Origin: Stegostoma tigrinum
Lineage: Eukaryota
Direction of reading: 5' to 3'
NCBI RefSeq assembly: GCF_030684315.1
Contig: NC_081363.1
Location: 62,438,312 to 62,502,311, forward strand
DNA length: 64,000 bases
Shown one piece after another: positions 25,431 through 39,756 of this stretch; position 1 is the first letter of the stretch, and each line of letters begins with the position of its first letter. A program made the translations under genes and the position numbers. The notes under the pieces were generated by a model. That model saw nothing but the letters and a program-made list of their open reading frames with translations, had not been told where the DNA came from and ran no database searches.

Positions 25431-25770
25431 AACATAGAAGATAGGAGCAGGAGGAGGCCATTCAGCCCTTCGAGCCTGCCCCGCCATTCTTCACGATCAT
25501 GGCTGATGTTCCAACTGAACAGCCTAATCCTGCTTTCCTCCCATAACTTTTGATCCCATTCATCCCAATTGCTATATTTAGCCACCTCTTAAATATATTC
25601 ATTGTTTTGACAACAATTACTTTCTGTGTAAAGGAATTCCACAGGCTCACGACACTTCAGGTGAAGAAATGTCCTCCCATCTCCATCCTTAATGGCCTAC
25701 CCCACATCCGCAGACTAGTTCTGGACACATCCATTATCAGGAACATTCTCCATGCATCTACACTATCTAG
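25431..25770 (-). mobile_element. CR1 3' end
   Basis: CATAGAAGATAGGAGCAGGAGGAGGCCATTCAGCCC tail; minus-strand SLWNSFTQKVIVVKTMNIFKRWL. Confidence 0.85.
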
Positions 25771-26009
25771 CCCTGGCCTCACACCAGTCATGTCTGGACT
25801 CCTGTCTCCTGCACGCACTAGCACCACCAACAAAGGTTCTTCCTTGGGTTTTGTTTTACTCTGGGAAGATGCTACAGTGTCGTACGCTGGATGTAGAGGA
25901 TCCAAGTGGCTTTGTACTGCATGAGAAATTTGTTGTTATTTTTCGGAAGAAACAACATCTTCAACATCCTAAAGTGCAGAAGTGTCCACCAAAGCAACCT
26001 GAGGAGGAT

Positions 26010-26186
26010 AAAAACTGAAAGAACTACAGATGCTGCAAATCAGGAATAAAAACAAAGTTGCTGGAGAAGCTCAGCAGGTGAGAAAACAGAGTTCTGAGGA
26101 AGGGCCACCAGGCCCAAAATGTTAATTGTTTTTTCCTTCACAGATGCTGCCAGAGCTGCTGAGCATCTCCAGCAACTTTGTTTTTG
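26010..26186. mobile_element. Palindromic Penelope-derived element (second subfamily)
   Basis: Arms AAAACAAAGTTGCTGGAGAAGCTCAGCAG / CTGCTGAGCATCTCCAGCAACTTTGTTTT; TSD-like AAC(C/A)TGAG(G/A)AGGAT at 25996-26009 and 26187-26200. Confidence 0.8.
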
Positions 26187-27197
26187 AACATGAGAAGGAT
26201 TTCTTTGTGAACCCTATTCAATGGGACTGTGTTACGTGAAGTCATCTTTCACTGACTGTCAATATTTCAGTGTTGCTGAAGCCAGCATCCGTATGGAATC
26301 CCAATTTCAAATGCAGTTTACCAGCATGATCTTTTATGCTTTTCCTAACATTTAATAAAATTTAAGGCTACAAACTGACAGAAGTGTTGATTTTATGTGA
26401 TGTACCCTTGTTCAATTATGCAAATATTTGTGCTATGGAAAGAATAGCTATTGCTTAGACAGAGTAGTAACATCTCATGGCACTAAGCATGCCTATCCTC
26501 TCTACCTTAATTTTTGTAATGACAGATGTAACGACAGTCACTCACAGGCCTAATGAAGAAAAGTTAGCCTATATTTAAAAACATGACAATGCATTCACAA
26601 TGGCATTGTACCCATACCAACCATGTGCCCTTAGAGGATTTTAATCTTCCAGTCTGTCCGACTACATGCAGGTGCATTCCCTGAAGCTAGGGTGGAGGAG
26701 CCTGCCCTTTGGTGGGTCCTTGTTGTGCTTTAGGTTTTCGATGGGTTATCTTGGGGCATTTGTAGCTAGAGGGCCAGACATGCTGCAAGTGTCATGGTTA
26801 TGTACAGGTTCACCTTCCTTGATTTGAACTTCCACAGGTTGGGGATTGCAGGCAGGTTCTGGGCAAATCTGGAGTGCCCTGTGAGTTGACTTTTTGGGGG
26901 ACTGTGCAGGTTTCCTCCTCTGACTGGGTGCCTACTGGTACCAGTCTGCCTCCTTGTGCAACTGAAGTGAAGTCAAGGTCCCTTATCCCACTGTTGCTTT
27001 CCTGTCACTGGTGTGAGGGGCTGGTATCTTCAAGGAAGAACCTTTGTTGGTGGTGCTAGTGCCTGCAGGAGACAGGAGTGAGAATGAGTTGCCAGATAAG
27101 TGTATAATTTTAAGCAAGTTAAGAATACATTTACATTGATGGTAACATGAGAGCAGTGTAGCACTTGACATGAATCTCACTTGCTTGCTGAGAAATG

Positions 27198-27496
27198 GAG
27201 GGAAGCTGTTGACGTAATGAAATTGCTACTCGGCCAGTAATCCAGAGACTCAGGTGATATTCTGTGTGAATCCCACCATGGCAGTTAGTGGAAACTGAAC
27301 TGAATCAAATCTGCATTTAGAAGTCTAATGATCACTGTGAAACCAGTGTTGATTGTTGCAAAAGCCCAAATGGTTAACTAATGTTATTTTGGAAGGAAAT
27401 CTCCTCACCTGGTTAGGCTTACATGCGAATTCAGATCCACAGCTGTGTGATTGATTCTTAATTATGTGACAACAATATCCCATGATTTAAAAAAAA
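27198..27496 (+). mobile_element. Decayed tRNA-derived SINE
   Basis: AGTAATCCAGAGAC..GAATCCCACCATGGCAG head, GGAAGGAAATCT..CCTGG core, A-rich tail. Confidence 0.6.
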
Positions 27497-27614
27497 CATG
27501 TGACCATGGATCTTTCCCATTAAGAATAGAATCCACTCCTCCTAGGGAAAATAGAGATTGATGTTGGGTATCTCAACACCTAAGCTGGCTCTTTTTGCCG
27601 ATCATGCAGAATTT

Positions 27615-27830
27615 TCTTGAAAGGCTCAGCAGGCCTGGCAGCATCTGTGAAGAAAAAATAATCAGAGTTAATGTTTCTGATCCGGCAACCCTTCCTTCTG
27701 GGGAAGGGTTAGTAGACCCAAAACGTTAACTCTGACTTTTTTCTTCACAGATGCTGCCAGGCCTGCTGACCTTTCTCAGCAACGTGTGTTTGTTCCTGAT
27801 TTATAGCATCCGCAGTTCTTTCGGTTTTTA
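27615..27830. mobile_element. Palindromic Penelope-derived element (second subfamily)
   Basis: CAGCAGGCCTGGCAGCATCTGTGAAGAAAAAA / TTTTTTCTTCACAGATGCTGCCAGGCCTGCTG. Confidence 0.8.
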
Positions 27831-30744
27831 TGTGTTTTCTCCTGGAATGAGAGAAATGGAGCAATTGAGTGAGATAACAATGGCTGGCCAAGTTGTTTAT
27901 GCTTTTGCAGGTGGGGAAGTGCCTAGTGAGTGAGTAGGAAGTGCAAGTTATGTAGTCTGGGGTCTTGAGGTGGATGTGATTAATTAAGAGAATTAATAGT
28001 GTGAGTCATTGACCATGAGTCTTGATGAGAGCTGGGTGCAATGGCAGAGTTGAATGAGAGTGAGGTAGCAGAGAGAAGATGTGGTATTTGCATTGACAGA
28101 GTGCAAAGTAATTTCTTCTTGCAGTAGTGGGCGGCCTTCAGATCACTGACACCACACAGACCCGGGCAGCAACTGCAGATCAGCAATGGCAGTTCCTAAT
28201 ATGTCTGGCAGGATCTGATGACATGATCTCCTCTGCTGATCTCTCTCTGCTGAACAAGAACTGTTCTCTACCCTTCCACCTTCCCATTCCCTCCACTGCT
28301 GTGCTGACCAGGACCTCTGGGTCCATACATGTAATTCTGGGTGCCAAGATGTTTCTGTTGGTCATCTTCAAGGTAATTCTTCCCATAGTGTAACTGTGAA
28401 TGTCAGTTTGTGGCCTACATCAATTGATCTGATGTAAAGATGGGATTTAGATATGGCACTATCAGAAATCTCAAAAGATCCTGGTAAAGGCAAATGTTCC
28501 CGTTGCTGGTGAGTAGCACGAGAGAGGGGCTGGAGTGTGGTGCATATATAATGAGGTGAGCAGCAGAATTTTCTGTTTGATATCACAATAGAGCTCACAG
28601 AGAGAATCACTCTGTGAAACTCCCAACAATTGACAGCCAATGTTTTGGTAAAATGTAGGCCTTGATCTACTTGTCCCAATTTCTTCCCAAGAAACAGGCC
28701 AGCAATTCTTCCTTTCTCATTGTACTGCTAACACACTACTGTAGAAAACTCTTCTGTACACAATGCAGGGACTCTTGTTTTTCTCTGTCACTTACACTAC
28801 TACTTTTTGGTCTATATATCATTAAAGTTTCCATTATAACTACTTCCTAATTTTTTGCACATCCTCTCTAGTTTCCTCGCATTGTTCCCACTTACTGGTG
28901 ATTGATAGATTACACCGAGCAATGAATTTTCAACTTTTTCTGGTCCTCAGCTGAAGTGAAACCGATCATTTCTTTCACGCCTCCAGAATATTCTCTTTCT
29001 CCACTGCTCTCGTTAATCACTACCACCCCCTCTTCCTCTCTTTTCCCTTTCCTATCTTTCCGAAATAACATCTTACTCAAAAAATATCTATCACCCATTA
29101 ACAGCCATGGTTATAGCCACAGTCTTGTTGAAATGGTCATGAGAAAAGCATTGCAATAATATAAGAAAGTGATGCTCAAATAACCTAAATCTACAACCCT
29201 CTTGTATGTCAGTTAGATGCTGATTCATAAAATAGATTCAGGTAAAACATGCCGTCATTATGGTGCATTGTTACAGCCTACGGAGCAAAATGCATTAGGC
29301 AAAAGCAAATAGCACTATATTTACACACTTAGCAAGTACGGGTAGGACTCACTTAACTTAACAGCAGGTTGTAAGGTCCATAAAAATCTAGGCCTGCAAA
29401 CTTGTTCAATCTCAAGAGGTTGTCTCTACTGTATGTGAGAGAGCTATTAATATTGAGAAGAATGGTGCAGCCCCTCAAGATAAAGAGATTTGACATGCTT
29501 CTTAGGGACTCTACATCAGCAGCCTAAGACTTGAACTGCTTTTTGAATTATTGGAGACTTCTCCTTTGATCTTGTCTGAAATCTTTCCAAAAATTCACAT
29601 GACACGAAATTGCGAAGTAATGGTCTGACAGAAAACCTTGGAGACCATGGTCATTATGGCTGTTATACCCACAGGCACAAGAGAACTATGGCACCATCAG
29701 ATTTTTTCAATCAGCAGCAGGGGAAATGCTGCCAATGCTGTTGATACAAGGAAAAAAAAATGAGCTGACAATGAGTGGGAAAAGGAAATCATTTGATGCA
29801 TTTGGATGAAACAGTGAGGCAAAGATTACACTGCAGGTTAAAAAACACAAATCACGTTGATATGTCAATGAAGTTTGATAATTTCACATAAAAGTTTCAA
29901 AGGATAATAACAATTTCCAATCATAGAACTAACATTGTATACAATACAAAAACAAAACTTGACAAATTAGACTCCCAAGTTATGAATGTGCTAATTTTAG
30001 TTTGTTCATTTGCCACAAATATCACATGTAGATATTGAAATGAAGATCCGCATTGTTAAAAAAAGTTGACAACTATTAAATATCCAGTTTATTTTAATAT
30101 TACAGTATTAATAGTGGAATAGTTTAGTATAATTTATTTATCAAAATTATTTTTTGATATTTTACAAAGCGCCGTCAAGAGTCTACATTCTGTCCTTAAA
30201 GGCAATGTGCTCAGAGCACAAACATGTCCAAAATGTGGAGTAATGTTTGTTATTGACTCAGCTTTTCCATTGCTAATTATTGGCACGTCACGTTCAATAT
30301 GTTGGCCGGCAATGAATTGACAACAAATTTTTGTTTGAATTTTATTTATCAAAGCAACAAGACAAAGCCTTTAATTTCATGCGTGCAACGATATTTTCTC
30401 TAGCTACCTTCCCAAATGTATACTTTGGATATGTTTGAGGATATTTATGAGGGAAAGGCTTTGTGAAGTTATGGCAAATGCAGTTATATTCTCAGCCGTG
30501 CAGTGACTTGACACCAAAAAGAAGCACAGCCTTTTCCTTCCTGACAAGTTCATACAAAATGGTTTGGTGTCATCGTCAATAAAGAACTTTCACATTATTT
30601 CGGTTGATAGATGGCCATCTTTGCAAAACAGTGAATCACTTCATAAATATGAGACGTTATGAAAGTGAGCACTGTAATTACTAATTATTGTGTATGTTTT
30701 GTTTAAGGCTCTATCTAGTTTCTTAAATAAGTCTTTTCCAATTA

Positions 30745-31030
30745 TTTCACAGAATGTGGGTGTCTTTGGCTGATCCAGCATTTATCTTGCAGCACAAATT
30801 GTGCTTGAGAAAGTGGTGGTGTGCTGCTGCCTTATTGAGTTGCCGCAGTTTCTGTGATATAGGTACACCCACAGTGCTGCGAGAGAGGGTGTTCCAGGAT
30901 TTTTGCTCAGCAACAGTGAAATGACTGTGGTATAGTTCCAAGTCAGGATGTTGCGCGGTTTGGAGAAGACTTAACAGGTGGCAATGTTTCATGTGCCTGC
31001 TGTCCTTGTTCTTTTAGATGGTAGAGGATC
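30745..31030 (-). mobile_element. LINE (CR1/L2 group) 3' end
   Basis: ATGTGGGTGTC..CCAGCATTTAT..TTGAGAAAGTGGTGG; related copies at ~42680-42845 (-) and ~49190-49410 (+). Confidence 0.6.
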
Positions 31031-31974
31031 TGCAGAGGTAAGAAAAGTGAAGTGGCATGCTCCACAAAAAGCAGATTTTCAGATGATTATGAGATTATAT
31101 ACAAAATAATGGAAGTGGATTTTCTTTGAAAAATAGTATGAAAGAAATGCAATTGGTTAAGTAATATGACCATTGCCTAACAGGTCCAAAATGTAATTGT
31201 TGGATAACTTATGTAATACAACGTAGTTAGTTGAGCAATTTAAAATAACAACATGAGCATCAGAGTAAGTGAAAACTGCATGTGAAGTCTGCATAATTTT
31301 CTAACCATCATTTAATTCTTAGGAAACCACATGCAACACACACTAAGGTATCCAATCCAAACTACCTGCAGGCAAGACACTCACTGGATGTGCAAAATCA
31401 GAAAACCACATTGTGATGTCTAAATTACAAACAACCAGTTAAAAAAAACATAAAGTAGCCACTAGATGAAAGATAAAAGGTTACTGGTGGTTTGGCCAAA
31501 AATTTGGCCAAAAACATTTTTAAAAGCTTTCAGTGGTGGAGATGTGGATGGTTTTGGGGAAAGAAATCTGCAGCATGGATTTAGATGGCTAAGAGCATGG
31601 TTACCAAAGAGTACATGACTGTTTTCTTTTGTTTGATTTCATATAAAGGATATACTGAAACCAACCAATTTTCTTAGAGCTATTTTCCTTCAAATGCTGC
31701 AACTGTATTGGATGTGTGGTGAAAATCCCATTTACCAGAGAGCTGGATTTCTGTTGTACTTCCAGGAAGTTATGATAGCAATGCAGAATCAGTTCTAGGG
31801 AAATTTCCAAGTTGAACTATTGATGAAATCGGAGAAAAAAACAGAAAATGCTGGAAAAATTCAGCAGGCCTGACAACATTTGTGGAGAGATGAAATTAAC
31901 ATTTTTGGTCAACAACTTTTCATCAGAAATGTTTTATCATTCTTTCCATTGCTTTATATGGCTGGAGAAAGAGA

Positions 31975-32390
31975 GAATGAACTTGTATTCATACGCTGCC
32001 TTATGCAATCTCAAAGTGTTTCAAGGTTTGCAAAAATGGAGGGAAATGTGGCAGATAAATTGAGCATAACAAGCTCCCATAAAGACCAAAGTGATAATGA
32101 TAATTTAATTCTATATGTACATTGCTGAGCGATAAATATTTCTCAAGTTACAAGGAGAACACAATTGCTCATCTTTCAATAATAGCAAGAGATATTTTGC
32201 ATGTCACGAGAGCACACAGACCCTCAGTATAATGTCCTAGCTGAAAGACAGCACCTCTTCTAATAGTTCAGCTCACCCTCAGTAATGCATTCAAAGTATT
32301 AGTTTAGATTTTTGTGCTCAAGTCCTGAAGGGAGACTTGAAACCATAACTTTCTGATTCAGGAGCAAGAATGTTACCAATTAAGCTTACC
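31975..32390 (-). mobile_element. Deu-domain SINE (SacSINE1-like), near full length, decayed
   Basis: GAAAGACAGCACCTC..CCCTCAGTAATGCA..TAGATTTTTGTGCTCAAGTC core; B-box-like GGTTTCAAGTC on the minus strand. Confidence 0.7.
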
Positions 32391-34639
32391 AGGCACTAAA
32401 GTAGAATAAAAATAACATAAAAATAAAATATTCAACTCAACACCCAACTAATCCAAACACATTCTGACATAAAACATCAACATCAAACTATAAGCACACA
32501 TTTCCACTTGCCACATTGGCTCACCTTTCTACCATCATATAGTCATATAGTTGCTCTTCCTTTCCTCAGACTTTCCAGTTCCTAAGCTCTTCTTCCTCGT
32601 TTAGGTGACACATTGTAATTTTGTTTTCCACATTTCTCCACTAACTCATGCAGAGAAACTCTCCTTCCACCAGCAGTTTCTGATGCTCATCTCCTTATTC
32701 ATCCAGGTGCTGGTTCTAACTTCTCACAATCCTCCTACCTGCTGAAGCTGCTGTCCAGAGGGATTGAACACTATGTTATAATTGTAAGCAGATATTCCTG
32801 AGCGTGTGACAATTCCCACCCACAGCATGCAACAACACAGAACTCCCTGGAAAAACATCAGGGGATAGGAGCCCAGGGTGCCACTGAATTGTGGAGACTG
32901 AAACATTAGTAGTTTTGTAGACAAATGGAAAATGCTTGAAAATTCTGACCACACAAAACATAAACACCCTCTCTAATACATCATGGACGTGGTGTTTAGT
33001 GCAATTTCATTGTTGCCAAGTTTCTAAAAAGTAGCTAAGTTTCCAGGAAGTGTGTTTCATGGATTTCTTAGCTTGTTAAAATTAGTTCTTATATTCCTGT
33101 AAAATTAGCCAGAGAGTCCATTTGTGTTCTCACTTACTTCCAAATAGATCCTTCACTTGATCTAGGACATTTTCAGATTGGTCCTATTGTTCAATCAAAT
33201 TTTTAGTTTTCAATGCATGGATGATTCATTTAAGTGTACAACAACTTTATTTCTTTTCCTCTGGATGAGTAAGTGTAGCAACTTAAAGAGGTCGTCTTGT
33301 TTTCTACTGTTCGGGTGATGGAAGAAGTTTGAGGCTTGTATGCAACCTCCCAACTTACAGGGAATAGCGAATGATACCTACAATATTCTGACATAGTGGG
33401 CTACATTGTGAACTGCAAGTAGATTGACAATGTATAATGAACTGTGTCGCAGTCCGCACTGCAATTCAAAAATGGCAAGTTGATGATGGAAGCAAATTGC
33501 ACATTGTTTAGTTCAGTATATTTACATTCCTCCTTCCCTATTTTTCAAGCAGTTAAGTATCAATTTCCCTTTGTAGACTATTAAAGCCTTACAAGTGGAA
33601 GGTTTTTCACTTGCTCTCTAAGATTGTCCATGATACTTCCAAAGGTCAGTTACTGCTTTTGGCGAAAGCACCAGCACCTAATCCATTAAGAGCCATTCAC
33701 AGCAAAATAAACAAACATAGCTTTAACCACTCTAGTGACAACAGAGCAGAACAAACAAGCAACCTTCATAGAAAATCCCATCAATTTCAGGATCAATAGT
33801 CCTCAAGACAAGTCTTTCAAGTGATGAAAGCTACAAAATCTCTGTTGTGGGAGCTTTATCACTTCTATTTACAATAAGGATTCTGGCTTACATCATAAAC
33901 TGAGTTCGTAAGACTTACTTCATGTGGAAACACAAGAAAGTTAACTAAACACAAGCTACTTAACCTTAACACTCCCCATTCTGTTTTTTATTGTTTCATA
34001 CGTCTAATCAGTGAATACTGCAGCAATAAACAATTGCAAAGCTTAATATAATAAATTGGCAGAGATTATACCATTTTTACTCTTCATTATTATTGTAGCA
34101 TTTTACCACAGGAATAAAATAATTAAGTTCCCAACAAAGAAACACCAGTTTCTAAGTCTCCAGACTTCTACAGGAACAGAAGTAGAAAGAATATTATTGT
34201 TCATAAACATTACAAATTTATTTTCCCAGCTGGAAAATAGGATTTTAAAAGGGGATTTCCATTGAAGGGGTGCAGCTGCAATAGTTTTACCATTGCAAGT
34301 CCCTTTACAAAAATCCTGAGGCTGGATTGGTTCAATTAATTTTTTACATGCCTGTGTTGCTGCCTTTTTGTTCTGAATCTAACAAAGTAATGGAAGTATT
34401 CCAGAGGAAATGAACTGTAATTCCAATAAATTGAAAGGTCTTGAGACTAGCAGGAATGAGCTAACAGTCCATAGTAAATGCTCTAAGCATTTTCTACCCT
34501 CTCACATGATAACTCAAAATTACTATGCCGACCAAACAGAACTGAATAAAGTGACAGCCATAGGTGTACATAATTTCCAGTTGTGGATGATTGCAGTGTC
34601 ATTGCACATTCTGAAGTAGCTTTGCAAGCCACTCTTGAT

Positions 34640-35610
34640 CTCTTCATTTCTGCATACATGAAACTCAGCCTATTTGTGAATGTTAAAAAAAACCTCATGC
34701 ATCAAGTGACACCAGGCCAGCCAAATATTTCACTCCATGTATGTATATATTGACCACTTCCCACATATTTGCAGTCACCTTTCTCAAACGGCTACAATTA
34801 ACAAAGAGATTCAACGCCAGTTCAACAATGCCAGCTCAGCCTTACACAGACTATGGCAGTGAGTGTTTGACAACAAAGAGATCCAAAAGTCCTTGTATAT
34901 AGAGCTGTTGTTGCCACCACACTCCTGTACTGCACTGAGACCTGGACTGTGTGTAGGCAACACATAATAGCATGAGTCAGCTTCCATCAACATACCGCCA
35001 CCTTTTGTACTTAATGGGAGGGTTGTTGAACAATGCTATAGTCCTCCCTTAGTGAATCCCCAGAAGATTTCCAGAAGATGGCAAAGCCACTGTAAAATCA
35101 ATTATGATGGACTGGGTGCCATGTTCAGGTGGCCAAAATGCATCTCCTCCCCGAAACATCAGCTTTCCTGCTCCTCTGATGCTGCTTGGCCTGCTGTGTT
35201 CATCCAGCTCTACACCTTGTTATCTCCTCCACTAGGCCCTGTTTTCTAAATTCTCAACTAGCCAGTGTTCCGGTGGAGTATAAAGAAAATACGACAAAGA
35301 TGCAATGAAAATCTCCCTGAGTGCAGCAGCATTCATATTAAAGCTACAAGACACTTGCTTCCAAATGTTCAGAATGGTGACACCTTGACCTCCAGGCTGC
35401 ATTATACTTTGCATCAAAACACCTTATCAATGAGGCAGTGTGGCAGCAGAAAAGGGTGCAAATCCTGCCTTCCACGTCTCACTAATTCATGGGATATCCA
35501 TGCGCGCAAAGGTCCGCAGTTTGGCAACCTGCCTGTTCATCTCATGAAGACCAATGGTAGAAATTCATGACCATGTGAAGACATTATCCTCAAATTGAAG
35601 GACAGTTGAT
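34640..35610 (+). mobile_element. RTE-clade LINE 3' remnant, interrupted by a Penelope arm (~35150-35227)
   Basis: DHFPHICSHLSQTATINKEIQRQFNNASSALHRLWQ*VFDNKEI and YRAVVATTLLYCTETWT match RTE C-terminal motifs. Confidence 0.8.
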
Positions 35611-38600
35611 AACAATACCTCTCACATGCTAACTCAAAATTAGTCTTTCCATGCTGATTCTGAGTGATTATGAGTGTTTCATTTAGCAATCATTTTAAGC
35701 GGGTCATTGGGATGAATGCAGCAATCATACCATATGATGAAATCACCAAATGCATTTCTCCAGGTAATTAGCTGTGGTATCTTGTCTTAAATGGGTGAGC
35801 CCTCATTGCTTATCTTGTTGCATTCAATAATGAGCATACTGTACACAGGGTTCTTTAAAGTTCTGGAACTCGAAGAAGAAGATTTATTAAGTAAGATGTT
35901 ACTGAGAGAATTAGTAAAGCTTGCAATGTAATCACACAGAACATGCATATCTTAACAACAACACACATGATACAAGCACGTGTGGAGCCAAAATAAACTT
36001 TCCTTGGTGACATCTTGATGATCAATGCTATTATTTACCACATTGTTGAAATCAAACTCACTGGCAGATGTTTTTCCATTTGAATGCAGATTATGTAGGT
36101 GGTTGTTCTTTCATTGAAGAAACATGTGAAATGGATTTTGGTGGTATGGAAATGCTTAAAACAGTGATGTTCATAATGGGCTGATTTTAGACAATAAACA
36201 AGAAGCAGAAGGGAGAGAGAGGAAGACCACTGGGGTGAACAGACCCTACAGAAACTTTAATATTCCTATTACATTAACTAAAATGGAATTTAGAAAAATT
36301 TGACGTGTTCTGTGACTGACTCTCTTTTTCTTGCAGTGCACTGAAGGTATGTTTATAGTGTACAGAAAGACAAATATCCATCTTACTTCTGGGATCACAT
36401 TTGACTCATTCAAAATTAATGAGATGAAAAGTTTATTTTTCTCCTGGATAAAGTTACATGGTTTGGAGCTGAAATAAACTCAAAAGCAATTCCAAATGGG
36501 CACAGATTCATGTCATAATCATCCCTAACTGGCATCACCAGACTCATAATTAACAACATTGCCAATGCAGCTGTAAGAACTGTTTTCAAGCTGGACACAT
36601 ATTTGACAGAATAGCGACAATGCAGTGTGCATTCTGTCCATACTGTACTTCAAAACAAAGCAATGCAATCTCAAATCAAGGATCTTATTTGGAAGATATT
36701 GAGATTGTAGTTTCTGCCCACAGCTGAATATTATTACAAACAACTTTAATGCAGTTTCAATATTATTAGAATTGCAAATTCAGTATTTCTTTTATAAATA
36801 TTGGAATTGAATTTACTTTGTCAATCTGGTGAAATTCAAATAGGAATCCAGCAGTGCTTCCAAGAAATCAGATGGTACCCTGATAAACCTGATCACAGCC
36901 TAGTCTGAGAATTCCTAGTTAGCTTTGTAAATGGCCAAGCCTCCAACCTCCATATTGCAAGGCAAGTTACGGCAAGCAGAGTAGCTGCTCGTGCAACCAG
37001 GAGCAGAAGCTGCTTTAACTAGAGGCTCTTGCTTTTCTGACTGCATTGGACCTGGTATAAGTCTATAAAGTGGCTAACTCAGTGAGATATGAGGGCACAA
37101 ATAATTCCGATCAAGAGCAGGAGGCCTCAGAAAAGGAAGCAGCAGAAAATCTGGTATTCCTGTACTCTCAGGTCCCAATACGTGTGGTTCCCAAAGTATA
37201 TGGTGTGATTCCTAGCTGAAGAATTTTCAGGGGCCCTAACTATTTCCCAAATCATCATTTATTCCTTTCAGTGTCTCATCATTTGCATTTTTTTTGCTTG
37301 TTTTTAATTGACAATCTGCCATAATGTGTCTCTTGATGCTTTATCAGAACTCCACTTGCAATTCAGATTTATATATTTCAACTGTTTTTATAGGTATTAA
37401 AGGAATTGACTTTTTACAGTATTGAGCCCAAGCAAAACATCTAAACAGTGAGATTAGCACTTAATGATTTTAGTAGCGTGAGGAGCAGTAGCAAGATGTT
37501 GGGGTTTGTCTGCACTTGTTTAATAATCTCATTAAATCTCCTTCCTGGAATCTGTTAGCTCTGTGTGTTCCTGGCGGTATCTTCCTGTCCTTAACCTTCT
37601 GAAGTTGCAACATTGCCAACAGTTTATTCTCAAAAGGATGATTCAGATAGAAGCCTGCTGGGGTTCAATCCTTACAATAGTTTCTTGGCACTATATTCAC
37701 ACACCATTGTGAAATAATTGTGCTGTTGGCCAAATTCTTCCCCTCCCCTTCAACAAACAGAACATAGCTTTTTGAAACAAATCTTTGCCCTTCTACACTA
37801 ATCGCTCAAAATTATAAGTTATCTACATATGTATATGTACAAAATAGGTCTTACTTGAGAAATATTTATTCATAACTTCAGTGCTGATGTTACTTAACAA
37901 AAAGTGAAAATTTATTAGCTTAGGGTTGGGGCATACAATTTTCCTGTGACAGTACATTTTGTGCTCAGGACTAAATAGTTTGACTGAGATCTGTGACAGT
38001 CAGTGGTTGGTAGGTTTGAAAATCAACTGCTGTTGAAACTGAGGCTATCCTCTCGGTCATAGAAGTGATTCACATTGAACAAATATATTTTGTGTTGAAC
38101 ACGGATTTCTAATTGTTGAATTTTAGTTTACACCTTTTAGTTATAGAATGGAAAGCTTAATATTTCGTAAAGAGTAAGTTGAATGTGATACATATGGATG
38201 GTGATAGTTTTTGAAGTAGTGCAAGGTACAAATTATAGACAAGAAATGTCAGATGCATTTCACTATGTCAATTTGTCATGTTTTTTGGGACTTAAAGCAT
38301 TTCTTCACTGCTTATTGATATTAGCCTTTATATAATAATGATTGTGGAAATTATTAGTAGAGACGATTATTCAAACAAAACATTGCGTTGTTAAACATTG
38401 ATAAAGGTCACACTTCAAGCAAAAATATGCAAACATGAAACAGTCATAGAAGCTGCATCTCTAAAAGTCATGTGTAATAATACCCCTACTGCAGATTATC
38501 ACAAGCATAAAGACATATGGAAACAAACTGGAATAGACAGCTGGTCTGCCATATTTCTAACATTCTGAGTTCTCCAATTTGTACATCCTGAATATAAAAG

Positions 38601-39756
38601 ATGTTGAAAGATTGCAGTAAACAAATTCCATTTGCATTGCAATTAACACAAATCTCCCTGCATTTTTTTAACCACGTAATCAATCTACAGATTATCCCAA
38701 AAGAAAGGATTCAATACCTGAACAAAACAATTCTCAGTATCCATGTTTTCAGAGAGCTCATGAAAGTGAGCTAAATTACCAGAATTTTTAACAAAGTAGT
38801 TTAACTTATGAGCTTTTCCAGACACTTGCCATTATGGCTTAACCAGCTCATATTATATATTTACTGGAGTTGATTGGAATCTGGTATTTTGCCAGAATTA
38901 TGAGATGTCAACCGGAGTCTAGAACAGATTTGAGAAATAAAACAAGAAAATTAAAATCATCAAGGCGCAGTTTTCATAATGCAAAAGAGGAAAATTTGCA
39001 AAGAACTAGTACAGAAAGAATTTACAACATTTCTATCACTACATAAGAAAGAATATACTACAAATTGTCAGGTTAGTGCTTGTAATGTACAACAATTACA
39101 TGTCAGTACGTATGAATTTGGTTTCCATAGCTCCACTGAAAGTCTACCTACCTCTCACTGGGGGGTCACCATGTGTTGCCAACTTCTTCCAGTGCGACAA
39201 ACCTTCTTGAGAAGGTCTTACAGGTGGATTTTCTCTATGTGCACTGGAAGCAACTAATTCAGTGTTATCTAGATACTACACAACCCCAATGGCTCACAGA
39301 TGCTGGATTTCCTAACTTTGACAACTTGGGTTCATTGAATGATTCAGTACTATGAAACAAGTACTGAACTGCAAGGAGGACCAGAGTTATTTAAAAAGCC
39401 TGGCATCTGACTTACATTTTCAATTGATTTTGAAAAAAAAACCTTGCTCTTATAAAGTTTCTCCGAGTACTCGGAATGCATTTGTAATTTGGTGCTGAAT
39501 TACTGGATTTGAGTGTTGCTGTATTCTCACACGGATGGTAGAGGAGAAGGTGACCTGTAAACACAGAAACTGCGTTAGTCATGGGGCAGGAATAGTGCCT
39601 CAGGCTCTGCAGAGTGATATGAACATAACAGAGGCTTTAGGCAGCGCAAGCTGTTTGATGTCCTCCGCCAACTTAACAGTGACAGAACTCAGTCTGGGGT
39701 CAGACAATATTCAGTGCGTACATTTATCAGAGCTCTCTTGTGTACTGATCCATTGA

